Shown piece by piece: positions 1 through 14,181 of a stretch of 64,000 bases of DNA. Each line of letters starts with the position of its first letter. Within the stretch, counting starts at the first letter, position 1. This DNA is from Owenia fusiformis (Eukaryota), in the NCBI GenBank assembly GCA_903813345.2, contig CAIIXF020000001.1, positions 30,070,001 through 30,134,000 on the forward strand. The letters are read 5' to 3'. The notes under the pieces are model-generated. The model had not been told where the DNA came from, did not search any database, and saw only the letters and a list, made by a program, of their open reading frames with translations. The translations under genes and the position numbers were made by a program.

Positions 1-2220
1 ATTGAAGGTCAAATCTCAAATCTAAAGTCAGATTTGAACTTCTGATAATTTGTAGATGATTTTGAAAAAAATTGGTCAATTTGAAACTAGATGAAAAAGA
101 CCCTTTTGACCTTTTTTGACCTTGAGAAGGTCATTGAAGGTCAAATCTCAAATCGAAAGTCAGATTTGAACTTCCCATAACTTGATTAATTTATAAATGA
201 CAAGGAATTTGTTAACTATCAGCAGGAAAATTACTATATTAATATAATATATGTGATAAAGTGGTGGAAGGAAACCTACACTCAATTTGATCTATCCACC
301 AATAGACTTAGAGTAAGCAGTAAACATAATATGGTACCAAATACCAGATACACCTGCATTGGTATTGTCCCATATGAATTCCTGCATTCTAAACTAATTA
401 AAAAAACTCCTTAGGCCTGAGCTGAAGTCGGGACATACTTTGATAAACTTATTAAATTAATATGTTTTTAATATATTTATTTCTGAGACCTATTTCTTTC
501 TCTTTGATGAATATTTAATTAGAAATGCTTAAGTGTATGGCTGACCATTTAAACCATTATTAATATGACATTTAGCGGATAACAACATATTTTTATTACC
601 TGTCGCTGTACTTTGATCTGCTGTTCAGCTTGACTGGTCAGCAATTCTCTACACACAGCAGTATTTCCACACTCTGCTGCAAGGAACAGAGCGGTTAAGC
701 CATCCTGGAATGCAGGAAATATGCATAGAAACAAACATTTTCATGCTTAAATGAACAGAATTTTATCAAATTAATAGCAAATAGCAGCAGCCATACACAC
801 TTTAAAATCTTTTAGCCACACTTTACCTTGTAGGACGATTTTTGAGAGTACTTGGCATTTTGCCTTAAAGTTTAGCCAAAAAACTTCACTGTTTTTACAA
901 CTGATTCTTTTACATTTAATAATTATTCATCAGACATGCATCGTGTTTACCTTATCTTGTGCAAGACGGCTCTCTTTCCCAGAGGCTTTTACAAGCATTT
1001 GCACCATTCCTACAGAACCATTGGACCGAGAACATGCCATATGAAGTGGTAGTTGGTCCTTTGGCTAAAAGGAAAGATATTCTCTGATAAATGTTTAGTA
1101 TCAGTTAGAGCAATGTTATAATGTTATGTATATTTTTCTCCAAGGCAATATCAATAATGTATTTATCCTTGGAGGAAAAATCATGACCCAAGCTTTTTGT
1201 ACTGAAACAATTTTTTATTGATTTCTAAGATCATGTTTGTGAAATATTGTGAGAAACATCTCAGGTGTAGCCATGATTTGTCAGGGGGTCCTAATATTTC
1301 TGCCAATCTTTTTTCTAAATTTGCTTTAAATCTAAGTTTTGGTGAAATGTATAAGCAAGGCATTAACATGACAAAATGTCACCACCTAGTTGCTCACAAT
1401 ATTATGAGTTCAATCTAAGTCAGATTTGAATTTCTGAGAACTTGTAGATGATTTTGAAAAATAAATTAGTCAATTTGTTGTTAAGCAAGTTGAAAAAAGA
1501 CCTATTTGAACCTGAGAAAGTAATTGAAGCTGAAATCTCAAATCTAAAGTCAGATTTGAACTTCTGAGAACTTGTAAATGATTTTGAAAAATTGGTCAAT
1601 TTGAAGCAAGATGGAAAAATACCTTTTTGACCTTGAGAATGTCATTGAAGGTCAAATCTTTGTTGACCTTGAACACTGTTTTTTTAGCTCAAAAAATGAT
1701 GGGCCAAAAAAGGCCTTAGGGCCCCAAAAAGTGGTTCTTTTTGGTAATTACTGGTCCTTTTAAGGCCTTATTTTTTCATTTCAGGCAAAATTTTGAAGAA
1801 AATGGGCCTCAACATTTGAGTTTTAGGGGCCCAATTGTTTTTGCGCAAGCTTTTCCTCTGACCTGAAATTCCCCCCCCCCCCTTGTCGGTTCCCAGATCC
1901 GCCCCTGTTGAGAATGTCATTGAAGGTCAAATCTATAGTCAGATTTGAACTGTTGAGAACTTGTAGATGATTTTGAAAAAAAAAGAAATTTGGTCAATTT
2001 GAAGCAAGTTGAAAAAATACCTTTTTGAGCTTTTTTGACCTTAAGAAAGTAATTGAAGGTCATATCTCAAATCTAAAGTCAGATTTGAACTTCTGATAAC
2101 TTGTAGTTGGTTTTGAATGAAAATTGGTCAATTTGAAACAAGTTGAAAAAAGACCTTTTTGACCTTGAAAAGGTCATTGAAGTTCAAATCTTAAAAAATA
2201 TGGTCAGATTTGAACGTAAG
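1..2220. repeat. ~120-130 bp dispersed/tandem repeat unit (TCATTGAAGGTCAAATCTCAAATCTAAAGTCAGATTTGAACTTCTG...GACCTTGAG) in TRPN1 introns
   Basis: Copies at ~1-180, ~1415-1660 and ~1905-2220. They resemble internal repeats of a non-autonomous Helentron-type element; boundaries are uncertain. Confidence 0.6.
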
Positions 2221-5200
2221 ATTTTGTTACGACAGACGCCGATCGCCAACCGCCAACAGCCAACCACTTTTCTAGGCACATAAGTGCACTCTTTGTGCAA
2301 AACTGGAAGATGTAGACAATGTGGGTAAGGAGTGATTCCTGTTTGAAAAATAGCATGTGACTTGAAATTGAGGAAATGCAGCAAAATTCCGCACATGCAC
2401 ATGCACCCTGGCCTAAGACTAAGTTATATGTCGAATACTCCTTCAGTATTACTGTGATACTATAAAACATCGTGTTTAGTATCTATCCTTTTATACCATT
2501 TGAAGATCTTACAAACATTCAAAAACTGTCAATATTTTGATAAATCTTCTTTAGATTTCCCGCACAAAGAACAGCTTTCGAACTTGAAAACAATTGGATA
2601 AAGCGACTAGCGATTGATTACATATCGTTAGAATGTTACCCGCCATAGCGAAACCATTTATCTCTGAATGGCGGGTTGCAAACTGGAAAGTCTTCCTCAA
2701 AACAATAAATAAACTCACCCCTCCTGTTATATTTGATTCAGTCTTCCTGTTAATAAGAAGTTTTATTATATCGTCTTTAGCATAGGAAGCAGCAAAATGC
2801 ATCACCATCCTGCCATCCTAAAAGGTGAAAACGTTACAAGATGGAAATATATCATATCAAGAATCAAGGTGTATATAATCAGCAAATGAACTCTTCCCAT
2901 CTATGGAATTATATGAAATATCTTAAAATTATTTGAAAAATTAAAATAGCCTACAAGGTAACTTATACACTGTTCATGGTTCAAGATGCCGGAAATATAG
3001 GACTACATGCTTACAATCACAAGAGTAATGACATATATCATATTCCTTGAACACTTTCTGACACATTTTTCCTTGAACTCAATTTTAAATTTATTCTTCA
3101 ATATGAATGAAATGTCCTTATAACTGGTGTACTCTTTGATGATTTCTGTCACCATTTTTAGTGTTTTCCCGTTAGCACCTGGGCTTACATATTTGACTAA
3201 TATCATCTATTTCAATAGTATGAGACAACGGAAAGATCAATGATGACTTTGCCATCGCTACAAAAAAGACGACAGCCTCTTACGGCTCTTACTGAACGAA
3301 GGCTTTAACCCGGCTGGTATCGAAATATTTGTCCGCTGTGACGCAGCATGCTATTTTTCATAAAAACACAAAGAATACTCCACGATTTATTTTTAACTCA
3401 TATGTTTCGTTATACCATACAAAATGACTTACTCCATGCAATGGATATATCATTTGCGGGTAACTTTCACTTCTGTTTGAAGTCCAATTACGCTGGGAAG
3501 AAAAGCTATTGAAAATGGCGCCGGACTATCATACTTCAAAATGTACCATTTCTTGTTTAACTTTCTAATGGCACGATATAGTGACACGATAATATTTACA
3601 CATGGTTTCAGCATAACTATGAAGGTATAAATGAGATGTTGATGTATTTGGTCTTTTTAATTCTTTTATAAAAAATAATGTTTAATTTTTTTGTCCGCTG
3701 TGACGGAGCAGTTGCAAATGTGAACTGTGAAAATGCTCCGTCACAGCGGACAAAAAATATGAATATTATTTTTTATAAAAAAATTAAAAAGACCCAATGC
3801 ATTAATATCTCATTAATACATTCAGAGTTATGCTCAAAACATATGTTTATATTATCGTGTCACTATATCATGCCATTAAAAAGTTAAAAAAGAAATGGTA
3901 CATTTTAGAGTTTGATACTCTGGCGCCGTTTTCAATAGATTTTACTCCTAGCGTTATTGGACTTCAAACAGAATTGAAGGTTACACGCAAATGATATATC
4001 CATTGCATGGAGTAAGTAATTATCTTTGATATAACGAAACATATGAGTTAAAAAATAAATCGTGAAGCATATTTAGTGTTTTTATGAAAAATAGCATGCT
4101 CCGTCACAGCGGACAAATCTTTCGATACCAGCCTGTGTTAACACAATATTTGCAAACACAGTAATAATGTAAAAAGATTGACTGTTGATAATTATTAATG
4201 ACAAGTTCACAAACCAAATGCCGCAATGTAGTTTAGCCATGTTTGACGAGATATTCTCCATGTTAAGATTTTAATTGATCAAATAAATCTTCATTTATTT
4301 TAGACATGCATACTTTCGTTTGCCTGTTACAATCATGAAAAGAGAAATCACATATGGAGTGGTTTTATCAAATTAAAGAATTGCGATTGGTATCCTGAAA
4401 ATGTCCCAATTTACTCTTGACTTCATCATGTGAAAATTTACAATCGATGATTGTCAAAGGTGATCGCATGAAATTTGCCGAAAATATTTTTTTCAGTTTA
4501 TGTTTATGTTTCTTTATTTCCTCCGTTTTATTGGAGAGCAAAACAATTGAGATAAATCTAAGATAATAATGCCATATCTTGGGACAGTTAAAACATTATA
4601 AATTATGATTACTTTTGCTTTGTCATTCACTGTTGCTCCAAGGTCGAGTAGTCTCTCTACAAGTACTAACTTGTTCTCCCTGGCTGCTATCATCAACGGC
4701 GTCATGCCAGTCTCCTGAAACAAGAATTAGATGATATGTATGAAAGTATTTTTTTAATTTGGTACAGTTTTTTTGGGAACGATGCTCGGGAGTCGGCGTC
4801 CGGCGTAAATATATGTAACAAATGGTTACACTTTTGTAATCATTTACACTCACCAGTTGGTAACATCTTACTTATCATGTTAATGTTTTGCTAAATTACG
4901 CTTGCGTTTTATACAATTCTATCAAAGGTTTTGGAAAATCTAGCTGATCGTCGAAGCGGATCTTTTTTGGGGGGAACAGATCTCCTATAATGACGATAAG
5001 ACCTCTCTTCTTGGGCAATCATATTAGGCCTATTATTGTATATTATAGGTGGTAGTTCTGTATAAATGTAGAATGACTTACTTATTGGTGTAAGTTCTCG
5101 CTAAAATTCAGCAGGCCCACAGCCAGGATTTACCTGGGGAGCGGTTTTACTAAGGGGGAGCTTTTGCCGGGGAGGGGGCTTTTTGACAGTTTTTAACAAA

Positions 5201-8200
5201 CCATGCGAAAAGTGCTCAGAATGGTGAAAAACTGCATGATTTTGAAAGAATTTCTGGCCAGGGGGAGTCTAGGGGTTGGAGCGACCGCTCCCTCCGCAAC
5301 CCCTGAGACTCGGCTACGGGCCTGTTGAAATTGTAATATTCTCAACAATCGTAGATATATCAAAAATCATTAATGAAAATTAAGCCACACATGGTTAAAA
5401 CGAAACGTAAAATTATTAAATATTATGATAACCTCGGCGTCAAACGACCAAAACGGCCCCATGACCAACGCCCTAAACCCCCGACAATGGCCCCGATGCA
5501 GTGCCACATTGATGTTCACTGGGCTTGAAGTAGATGCTTCCTATTTTGTACAAAGAAGAACAGATAAGACACGTTTCATAGAAACACGAGTCAATAGTAT
5601 TAATTATTTATCTAAAGCAAAGCTACATCTTGTTTGCAGCAATCACTAGCTGGATTGCTATAATAGGGAATAGCCATGCAACCTCAAGCTTGGCAAGATA
5701 GGGCAGAAACTAAGTTTCAGAATACAAATGAAGGATCATGTTGACAACGCTGCACCAAGAATATGCATATTGTATAATAGAAGTAGAATTATATACCTGA
5801 AGAGTTTAATCTTAATTGGAGTTTGATGCACACCTGATGCGATCTCACCAATATCAATCAATGCATTAAAGCGGGTATTATATAACATTCTTGTTGGATG
5901 AGAAAAAAATGAAAATAGAAATTACAGATCTAGATTAGAAACGAAATGTCATAAAATATAACATGGCCATAAAAGTAAACCTATTTAAATGCTCATCATT
6001 TCCACATATATTTCTAATGTTTATCAAGAACAGACGTATTCTAAGTATTACAATACTGCATTCTTTGAAGTAAATGAATTTCCCCATTTTATATTGATTG
6101 AGCTTTATTATAGTGATTAAATTAATCCGAACACATCAATTATTAATTGGAAATAGGCCTACACGATCCTTCAGCATATTTGACCATTATCACTTTGAAT
6201 CACGTAAAATCACAAATACAGATATTTCCTATAAATATGTAATTGTCTATATGCGAGTCGAGTCACGAGTTCCGCATCAAACATACTTTTAAAATTAAGT
6301 AGAACAATAATATAATTTTAAAACGTGTCTGTCGCTATGCTACATGGATGTTCAGCCAGACGTTTACCTTGTTTGTGACTATGTGTTTGTATGTAGTATT
6401 TAAAGTTACATAGACGTAAAAGTATAGAATAGTCAACCATATATTCACACTGGGCTCTCCTAAAGCAGGAGGAGAAAGAGGTGTCCAGAGTTTTGATCCA
6501 AGACTACAAAGTCTTTATTTCGCTTTTTTATTCTTGATATTTAGTAAACAGAAAAATGCACGGACGTCATGCAGTCCGATTTTAAACTGTACTAAAGTCC
6601 ATCTGATCGGGAAAATATAAATATTTCAAGTTGGTGAGATTTATAGAAGATTAAGAACATTTGCTAATAATTGTAAAACAGAGGTTGTTCCGTTCATTCT
6701 TACACTACTTAAACATGCCAATGAAGCCTTTGATTATTAATGATAAAATGATCGTAAATGACATAAAGTAAATGCATTCTAGAGCTTTATAATCCCCGTT
6801 CTAGAAAATCTGATAGAAGACAGAAAATGAGCAATGATATTTTATTGCAATTTATTGTAATTTTTGTGAAATCACTGCTTTTCATGATGCAGAATCGATT
6901 TTCTTTTTCAGCTGAATTGGTGTTTTGTTATAAACCTAAGGTGAGTATTGCCATCACGTTTAATTCTAATTAGTACAATCAATACACTTTAGAAATAAGT
7001 TAACCGTGACAGAGTTCACATTCTGGAAAATAAATCAAATATAACAAAAAATATCGAAAAAACAAAAACTCTTTACAAATTTCACAAATTAAACTATGAT
7101 GCTGAGTTTAGCCGCTGTTTACCCGATAGGTGACACTGATTTTGCTGCTCGTAGAAAACTGTCCCCTCTCTATGAGAACTTAATTGACTCATTGTGGGAT
7201 CCAAAGTCTGTATTATCCCTTGGAACACAAAGACTGGGAAAAGGTTTCCTTCAACCCCCAAAAGCATTAGATAAAGAGTGGATCTGAATTACTAATCAGA
7301 ACCAAAATGATCCCTTTTGAGTAAACACACACTGACTAGGAAAGAGAATGAAAATAAGGTCATATTACAACAAACCAATAGAGAGGGGACTTTAAACTCC
7401 AGGAACAACCATCCTCCATACAACACTCATGAAACAAACAGAACAAATACTCTAAAAATATGATAAAAAGCCAGTACATATTTAGAAAATAATTTGCTGA
7501 GTAGACAACAATAACTAATTAGACTTTCGGCAAAGTGTCAGATGTTTGTAAATCGGAGATGTAAATTCCTAAATTGTCTATACACATAACGCCGGGGTTT
7601 TAACATTGTGTTTTAAGTAAACATATCAGCAAAGAAAACAAAACACATCGATCTGTTAATCGTTCCCTTTATAGTCCCTGTCCTAACTGGCAAGCGCATC
7701 AAGGATGACTTTCGTTCCGTATGCTTTGGAATATTAGCTTTGTAACAAAACAGACAATCGAAAAAAACACAAATCGATTTACCCTCTCGCCTTATCCTAT
7801 GAGAGCCATTCGATTTAATTGAGGCAATCGTGTAAGTGGAATCTATGAAAATATTGACATGGCGATAAATGGAGAATTGTATCTTTGAATTCACGACCGA
7901 GCCCTTATTTAACGAATATAATCAAGTGACGCTTTTCAAGCGAGGTAGTTTTTGTTATTGTAAGAGAGTGGGAATAAATACGGCTTATCCAACTTATTCA
8001 ACATAGTTCAATTAATATCCAATGTAAAGAGTTCTTGTAATGAAATACTTGGTTAAGTTTCCATGGAGAATGCGTAGTATTGACGGATATTGAAGGTCGT
8101 GATTCAATCATGAATTAAAGATGTAGAGAGGAATTTAATCTAGGATTTCTGCTCTGTATGACATTCGTGTTTCTTATTGTGATACACGGTCTCTACTATT

Positions 8201-9131
8201 CCTTGATAAGCGCAAGCTTGGGATAAAGAGAAACACTTAAAATTAGAATGGTATTTCTGGCAATTTTTACCACTGAAAAATAAGTTTCAAGATATATTTA
8301 ATGATGAAAATAAAATAGAAAATGATACAGTTGTCAGTTCAATTGCAACTTAATATTAAATATCACAGATATTGTCTAATGGAGGAAAAACTGCAGTGGG
8401 TCTTTTTTCATCCTGGGACAATAATTATGTCACGATATAACTATTTAATATTGTTATTTTAAACAAATGAACAAAAACTGCTTTTGGGTTATTGTTGGGG
8501 TGGTGAATTTTTATTTTCAAATATCGCATTTTCAACTAAAACAATTTTTTGAAGATGGCGTTGTCACATGATAAACAACTGATGTCATCTAATTTCGTTC
8601 AGTCAATTTGATTTATTAGTCTCTCTTCTATAGGTTGTGGGGGGGGGGGGTAGAAGAGACTGTGGATGCCTTCAGTCGTGAAGGAATCGTGGAATGATAA
8701 TGGAAGAGTTGTTTTTGACATTGTTAAAGAACATATATCATCTAGATCTCTATGTCTAGGTGAGGTCTAGGTACACATTTTTAATTTCGGACGCGTTATT
8801 TATCAATGCAATGGAGGAGAGTTTATTTCAACATTTCTTTTTTTTGATAAAAGTAGCAGTCCAATTCGTCTAGTAATTCAAATTACTTAAATAAACAGAA
8901 AAGTTAAGACATTACCTCGTCAGGTGTGTTTATATCTGACGTCCCCTTGTCCAGACCCCTTAGGATCTGGTCCAGTACACTCCATTCTCCCTTTGTGGCC
9001 AGCGATATGATCCTTCCAACGCTGGACACGGAGGTCGTGGACTGAGAACTCATCGAGTCGCTCTCGCCTTTCTTTCCTGCGGAACTTGGTGTCGATGCCC
9101 CGGTGGAACTTCCACCAGCCGGGGTTGACAT
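600..9131 (-). CDS. TRPN1: TRPN1/NompC-like ankyrin-repeat mechanosensitive TRP channel, 5' coding exons (partial; continues left of window)
   Basis: Five GT-AG exons, all phase 0 with lengths divisible by 3: 8916-9131 (MSTPAGG...INTPDE), 4613-4714 (ETGMTPLMIAARENKLVLVERLLDLGATVNDKAK), 2719-2817 (DGRMVMHFAASYAKDDIIKLLINRKTESNITGG), 951-1064 (PKDQLPLHMACSRSNGSVGMVQMLVKASGKESRLAQDK), 600-704 (DGLTALFLAAECGNTAVCRELLTSQAEQQIKVQRQ). Successive ankyrin repeats track the NompC N-terminus as I recall it (TGMTPLM..., STGG, GKDIRL..D, ESGNQSMCRELL..Q). Confidence 0.85.
3309..4137. mobile_element. piggyBac-like palindromic MITE (~830 bp, TTAA-flanked)
   Basis: TTAA at 3305-3308 and 4138-4141. Arms ~3309-3715 and ~3733-4137 are reverse complements (GGCTGGTATCGAAA..TTTGTCCGCTGTGACG vs CGTCACAGCGGACAAA..TTTCGATACCAGCC). 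The motif TGTCCGCTGTGACG occurs four times. Confidence 0.75.
5112..5324. mobile_element. short GC-rich MITE-like element
   Basis: Imperfect TIR CAGGCCCACAGCC / GGCTACGGGCCTG around a G-rich core; no clear TSD. Confidence 0.4.
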
Positions 9132-10038
9132 TTTGTTAGTTATAAACACCTAAATAAATCACTTGTTCCCCTACATGTTTCTTCGCTGGTTTCTTTTTTA
9201 TTTGAATGATGTGAGTTCTATTGCCTAATTATGCGAAATCATCATGGCAACGAATCAACTTTATACTCAAATTACCTCAAATCCTTAAATGCTAGCCTGT
9301 AGCTTTTGTTGATATGTTACATTTAGATTTTCTTTATTAACATCCATTTATACTGACTTTTAAACTTTGTTATACCCCGCTGGGTTGTCATTATTTACTC
9401 TTAATAATTTCCATCGGAATTCCATAGTAATCAAATCACTTTGTTTCCCTGAAACTTTGCCTTAGCGCTAAACACTCCGATACAAGTAAGTTACGAGCAT
9501 TAACTTTGTACAATCGATACAGGGCACAGAACTGCCAATTCCTTAACTCCTACCTCCTCGGTGATATTAATTACAGCACGCAACTAAATGCTCTCATTTT
9601 CACCCTCATTTACAATTAAACTCTGCATTAAATTGATTGCGTTATCAAAGAGATGAAGCATGCTTCGGGTAGATAAAAAATCCGTGTTTCATTCCATCCT
9701 TATGTCCATTTATCTCAAGCTATCAATGTTTCATAATTACAAAGTATGGTATGTTATAGTACTTCTCAGTCGTGTATAATTCACAGCTACGTATATTAAC
9801 AATGGTCTCAAGTATCATATAGTTTTAACACTAACAAAAATGCAAAATTAAGGCATTTGTTGACATAGACTTGCCAACTTAAGGTACTTCAAAACTTACA
9901 CGATAACTATTTGATCTTTAACTTTTTTACAAAGATCACTTTGGGCTTTTGTTAAGTTGTTACTATCACAATTGTATTTGAAACAGTAAACATTGGTAAA
10001 TATTGATAGAATATTAACTATATGTCCAAACTTCATTA

Positions 10039-10207
10039 CAGTAAAACCTGTGTATATTGAACAAATCTTTGCCGAGAAAAAACGTTCAATTTATACAGAG
10101 GTCAGTAGAGTATGTGCGGAGGAAGAGTGTCTAGTAGTGTCTAGACACTGTCTACTAGAGACAGGTGTTCATTAGAGAGAGGTGTTCACTGAGACAGGTT
10201 TAACTTT
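10039..10207. mobile_element. Tc1/pogo-like MITE remnant
   Basis: TA-CAGTAAAACCTGT start and ACAGGTTTAACT end, with internal AGAGACAGGTGTTCA sub-repeats. Confidence 0.45.
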
Positions 10208-11077
10208 ATGTTCTATCTAAAGTGTCATTATGCCAAAACGTTGTTGTTATTTTAATTCAACATACAATTTACATACAATACATTTTAATACACATTACAT
10301 ACAATACATTTTAATTGTAAATACAATACCTACATGTATCAAAAATAAACTCCAGGTTGCTTTATATACATGTATACAGCAACCTGACGTTTATTCTACT
10401 AAAATAATTCTAACGAACAGATCACAATCGAATAAATGATAATGACATCATACATGTAGACACAAATCTGTTGTTTTGATTCATCTGACTTTCCTAATAT
10501 CATACTGTTAAACGACCGTATTCCTTCAATCAGTATGTAATACCTTGATGCCCTAATATTTCGTCCGGCATCGGTTCCAATTTGTTCTATCTAACGTTTT
10601 TCCCATTTAAAGAAAACCAGGAAAATTTCAGTTTGTCACTGAGAAATTAGAAAAGCTCTTTTGCCGAAACGTATATTTTTGAGTATAATCTTCATTTACT
10701 ATTAGTATAAGTATTATTTTTAATTATTGATCGATTCATTATTTTTATTTGAACATAAAGCAAAGGTTACTTTATGTAAATGCAGATGATACATCTAAAA
10801 ATATAAAAGCCATATTGGCACTTGGAGTTAAGGATAATGATGAAGCTGACACAAAGTGGATGTTATCAGAAGCAATGAATCAAACAATTATCTGTACATG
10901 TCATCAAATATAATTACTGGAAATATCATAAAGTTGGAGTTGTTATAAAAATTTAGATCAAGAATGTCTAAATATTAGAAAATGTTGAATTCTAAATGTA
11001 CTTTGTTTAACATTCAAATTACGCGAAAGTTCAAGTTCCTTGAAACAAATTTCAAACCTTTTGAAAAGAAATATAGC

Positions 11078-11635
11078 CATAGTATGTGTCACATATAATT
11101 TCAAAGCTTATCCAAAGTTACAATGATTCGCCAAGTAACATAGTTCAACTCTCAAATTACAGGCATTTCAAAATTTAGTGTTTGGTCAAAATTAAGTTCA
11201 ATTTTACACCAAATCAACAGTCAATGTGTCCTCCTGGGCTATCTATAACAGCAGCAATTCTTTTCGGGTCGGATGGATATTGAGTTGGAAAAAGAGAACG
11301 GTGAAGGTAGAAACTCTAAGGAAACTCTTCTAAAGTACCTTAACAGGTTTTAAGAAGGTTATAAAATTCCACACCCCTATTTGAAGGGCTTTTAAGGTCA
11401 TATCTGAAAATAATTGCTGCTGTTAACATGGCCAAGGGGGGACTCATTGACTAGTAATGTGGTGTAAAATTGAACTTTATTTTGACAAAACACTAACTTT
11501 TTAAATAACTGTAACTTTTTCCCATTTGGGAGTTAAACCATGATACTTGGCAAATCAATGTAACTTTGGATAAGCTTTAAAATGACATATACTATGAGGA
11601 AACTGGAATATGTCTGCCTTTCGGGACACCCTGTA
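11078..11635. mobile_element. degenerate foldback/MITE with ~190-bp inverted arms
   Basis: ~11078-11263 is the imperfect reverse complement of ~11408-11596 (AAAGCTTATCCAAAGTTACA / TGTAACTTTGGATAAGCTTT; AAGTTCAATTTTACACCA / TGGTGTAAAATTGAACTT). Ends in a Tc1-like GGGACACCCTGTA. Confidence 0.6.
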
Positions 11636-14181
11636 TATATTGCTTAAAGTTGATAGTTTATGTAAGTAAATTTGGGCATGTTTACTGATATTGTGCTTTA
11701 TATATTACTTGTTTTCTCTTTAAAAATGATATGGACCGTGCCACCATCACCTTGGTTACCATAGCAACCATAAAATATTAAGTAATAATTATACATACAT
11801 GAAAACTTGATGAAGGAAATAAGATGGGGGCACAAACTCATCAAATATGAACAAGATGATTGGTTCATTATTTTCATAATTAGATATATTTGTGCAAAAC
11901 TTTTTGAACAACCCTTGTATTATTGCCCTCAGTATAAAAAATTATAGCATTCTGATATTCGTCACATCTTTCCATTTCACTAAGAAAAGAGATGTCATTG
12001 TTTATCTTGATGACAAATCAGTATTTCAGCTCTGCCTTTAATTTCTCAGATATACAAAAAATATTTCTCAAGTGTGTTTTTGATATTAATCGCTATTTAC
12101 ACATAATAATATGTAACATGGATGAATTGCATTTAATGGAATTCTATGAGAATTGTTTGTTGCTATTTGCACAATAATTTTACAATAATCTCGATCAGAA
12201 GAAAGGATGTGAAGGGGGACAAGAATTGCAATTACTTGTAATATGTTAATAGATCTTTACATAGCTGTGGAGAAATCCTCGAAAACATTCTGTTAGAGGA
12301 ACGCTACATCTTATCAAGAGCTCATCTACATTTTCCAAATTTAGGTTTTGCAGTGTAAGGAACAATTCCTCGATTCATGAGATCATCATAGCGGGTCGCG
12401 GTGTTTTTTACAGAATTATCTTGTTGTTGATGAATTATTGACCCGTAGTATATGAATACACTTTATTGATATTATCATGGGCGATTGACCAAAATCTTGT
12501 TAAATGAGAGTATATTGAGTTTTTCATTGATTTTGGTACCATGGTTACATAGTGGGACTAATAGGTTAAGAGAAGCATTGATTTTTTGGGGTCATTATTC
12601 TTCTGTGATTAAATCACTTGAGAAATTATAAACCACTCACACTTTCCTCAATGAAAGATGTTAGTATTTGGACGTCCGTGTGCATTAATTGAGCAACTAA
12701 TCACTCAGCATCTCATCATGGACGCCATCATTTACGTATCTTTGGATAGTGTTGTTGATATTTGAATATTCAATCACCCAATCATTAATCAATTCAACCA
12801 ACCTCAACCCATTCTGATACTCAGACCATCTCTGCTATGCACAAGAATGTTCTAGAAGGAAACTGAGAGAAGGCTGTGATATCTCACGATGACCTCAACC
12901 ATGAACTACCATAAAAGCAACATTTTTACAATTTGTGTACTAAATTCTGAACCCTATAAGTACAAATCCCAAAATTCATACTATTCATACGTGTTTGTTT
13001 ATATAAATATATTAATATGTACGAGTTTCGGAGGATCAATATAATATGGAGATTTGTTTGGCAAAATTGGACCTTGAAGAATGTTCAATTGTTTACATTG
13101 CATTTTTTACATCTGAGAAGTAAACAAGAAAAGTTTAACTGTTGAAAGATGGAAGTATTTTCTCAACTGCATGAATGTATCTGACATTTAATCAATTGGT
13201 TTAAGATACTTGACCTTACATAGGTGCTATTGACATTTGTATTTTTATACACAAATATAATTTACATCCGAAAAGTACGAGAATTTTCTAGGTAGGTATA
13301 TTGGTTGAGTTTTTCATATGATTGAGCACCCCTTATTGAATAATATAAATGTACACAACTTATTGATGGAAAACAGCATTTGCAATGCTCCAAAATATAA
13401 GTTTAAATTAATTATGATAATACCAATTTCAATTAAGCATATGAAAGTATCTCAATTTAGTATAACAAATAGATAAACACGTGGCTTTTTATTACACTGG
13501 ACCTCCACAACAGACTCAATTCATTGAGACATGTTCTGGTGGATTTTTTAACATTCACCATTTCTTATACCGACCCTGGTAAACAGGTTTAATTCATCAA
13601 GACATGTTCTGGAGGAGGAGTTTTTAAGATTGTACATAAAAAGCACCCTCGTCTCATAAAATCTCATTATTTAATAATCTCAGTGGCTCGTATCCTAGCA
13701 AACTAGTGTTTCTAAATGGTAATCAGACTTTGAATACAAATCAATTCATCTCAGAGAACAACCTGACCCAGCATTAGCTACTGGAATATCGCACATAATC
13801 CCTGATATATTGAGTTGTGGTAGTGATTGGGTTTCACTTGTATTACACAAGAGTAATTACATTCTATTCAGATTTCATGTCAACTTTAAGTTCAATCAAA
13901 TAAAGAAATGAATGAATATCATTTCCGCTATTTAATGGCTTAGATCTTTGTTTTTGCTTATTAGTTCGATCTCAAGGGACAGGATTACTTACTGAATAAT
14001 TCAGGATCTAACAAACTTATCCCCTCACATTATCATTAAATCAAAAAATAAGGATTTTGATTTAGTTCTACATGTAGTTTCAATATTCAACTGTCCTAAT
14101 TGAATGAAATATGATCGAAACACAACAGATTTCCGACCTTGCCTTCAGAGTTTAGAGAATAATCACATTCTAGTTAGACCT

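Noticed and set aside
10630-10680. Hammerhead-like CTGA...GAAAC motif
   Set aside because: The core is degenerate and no convincing flanking helices are visible.
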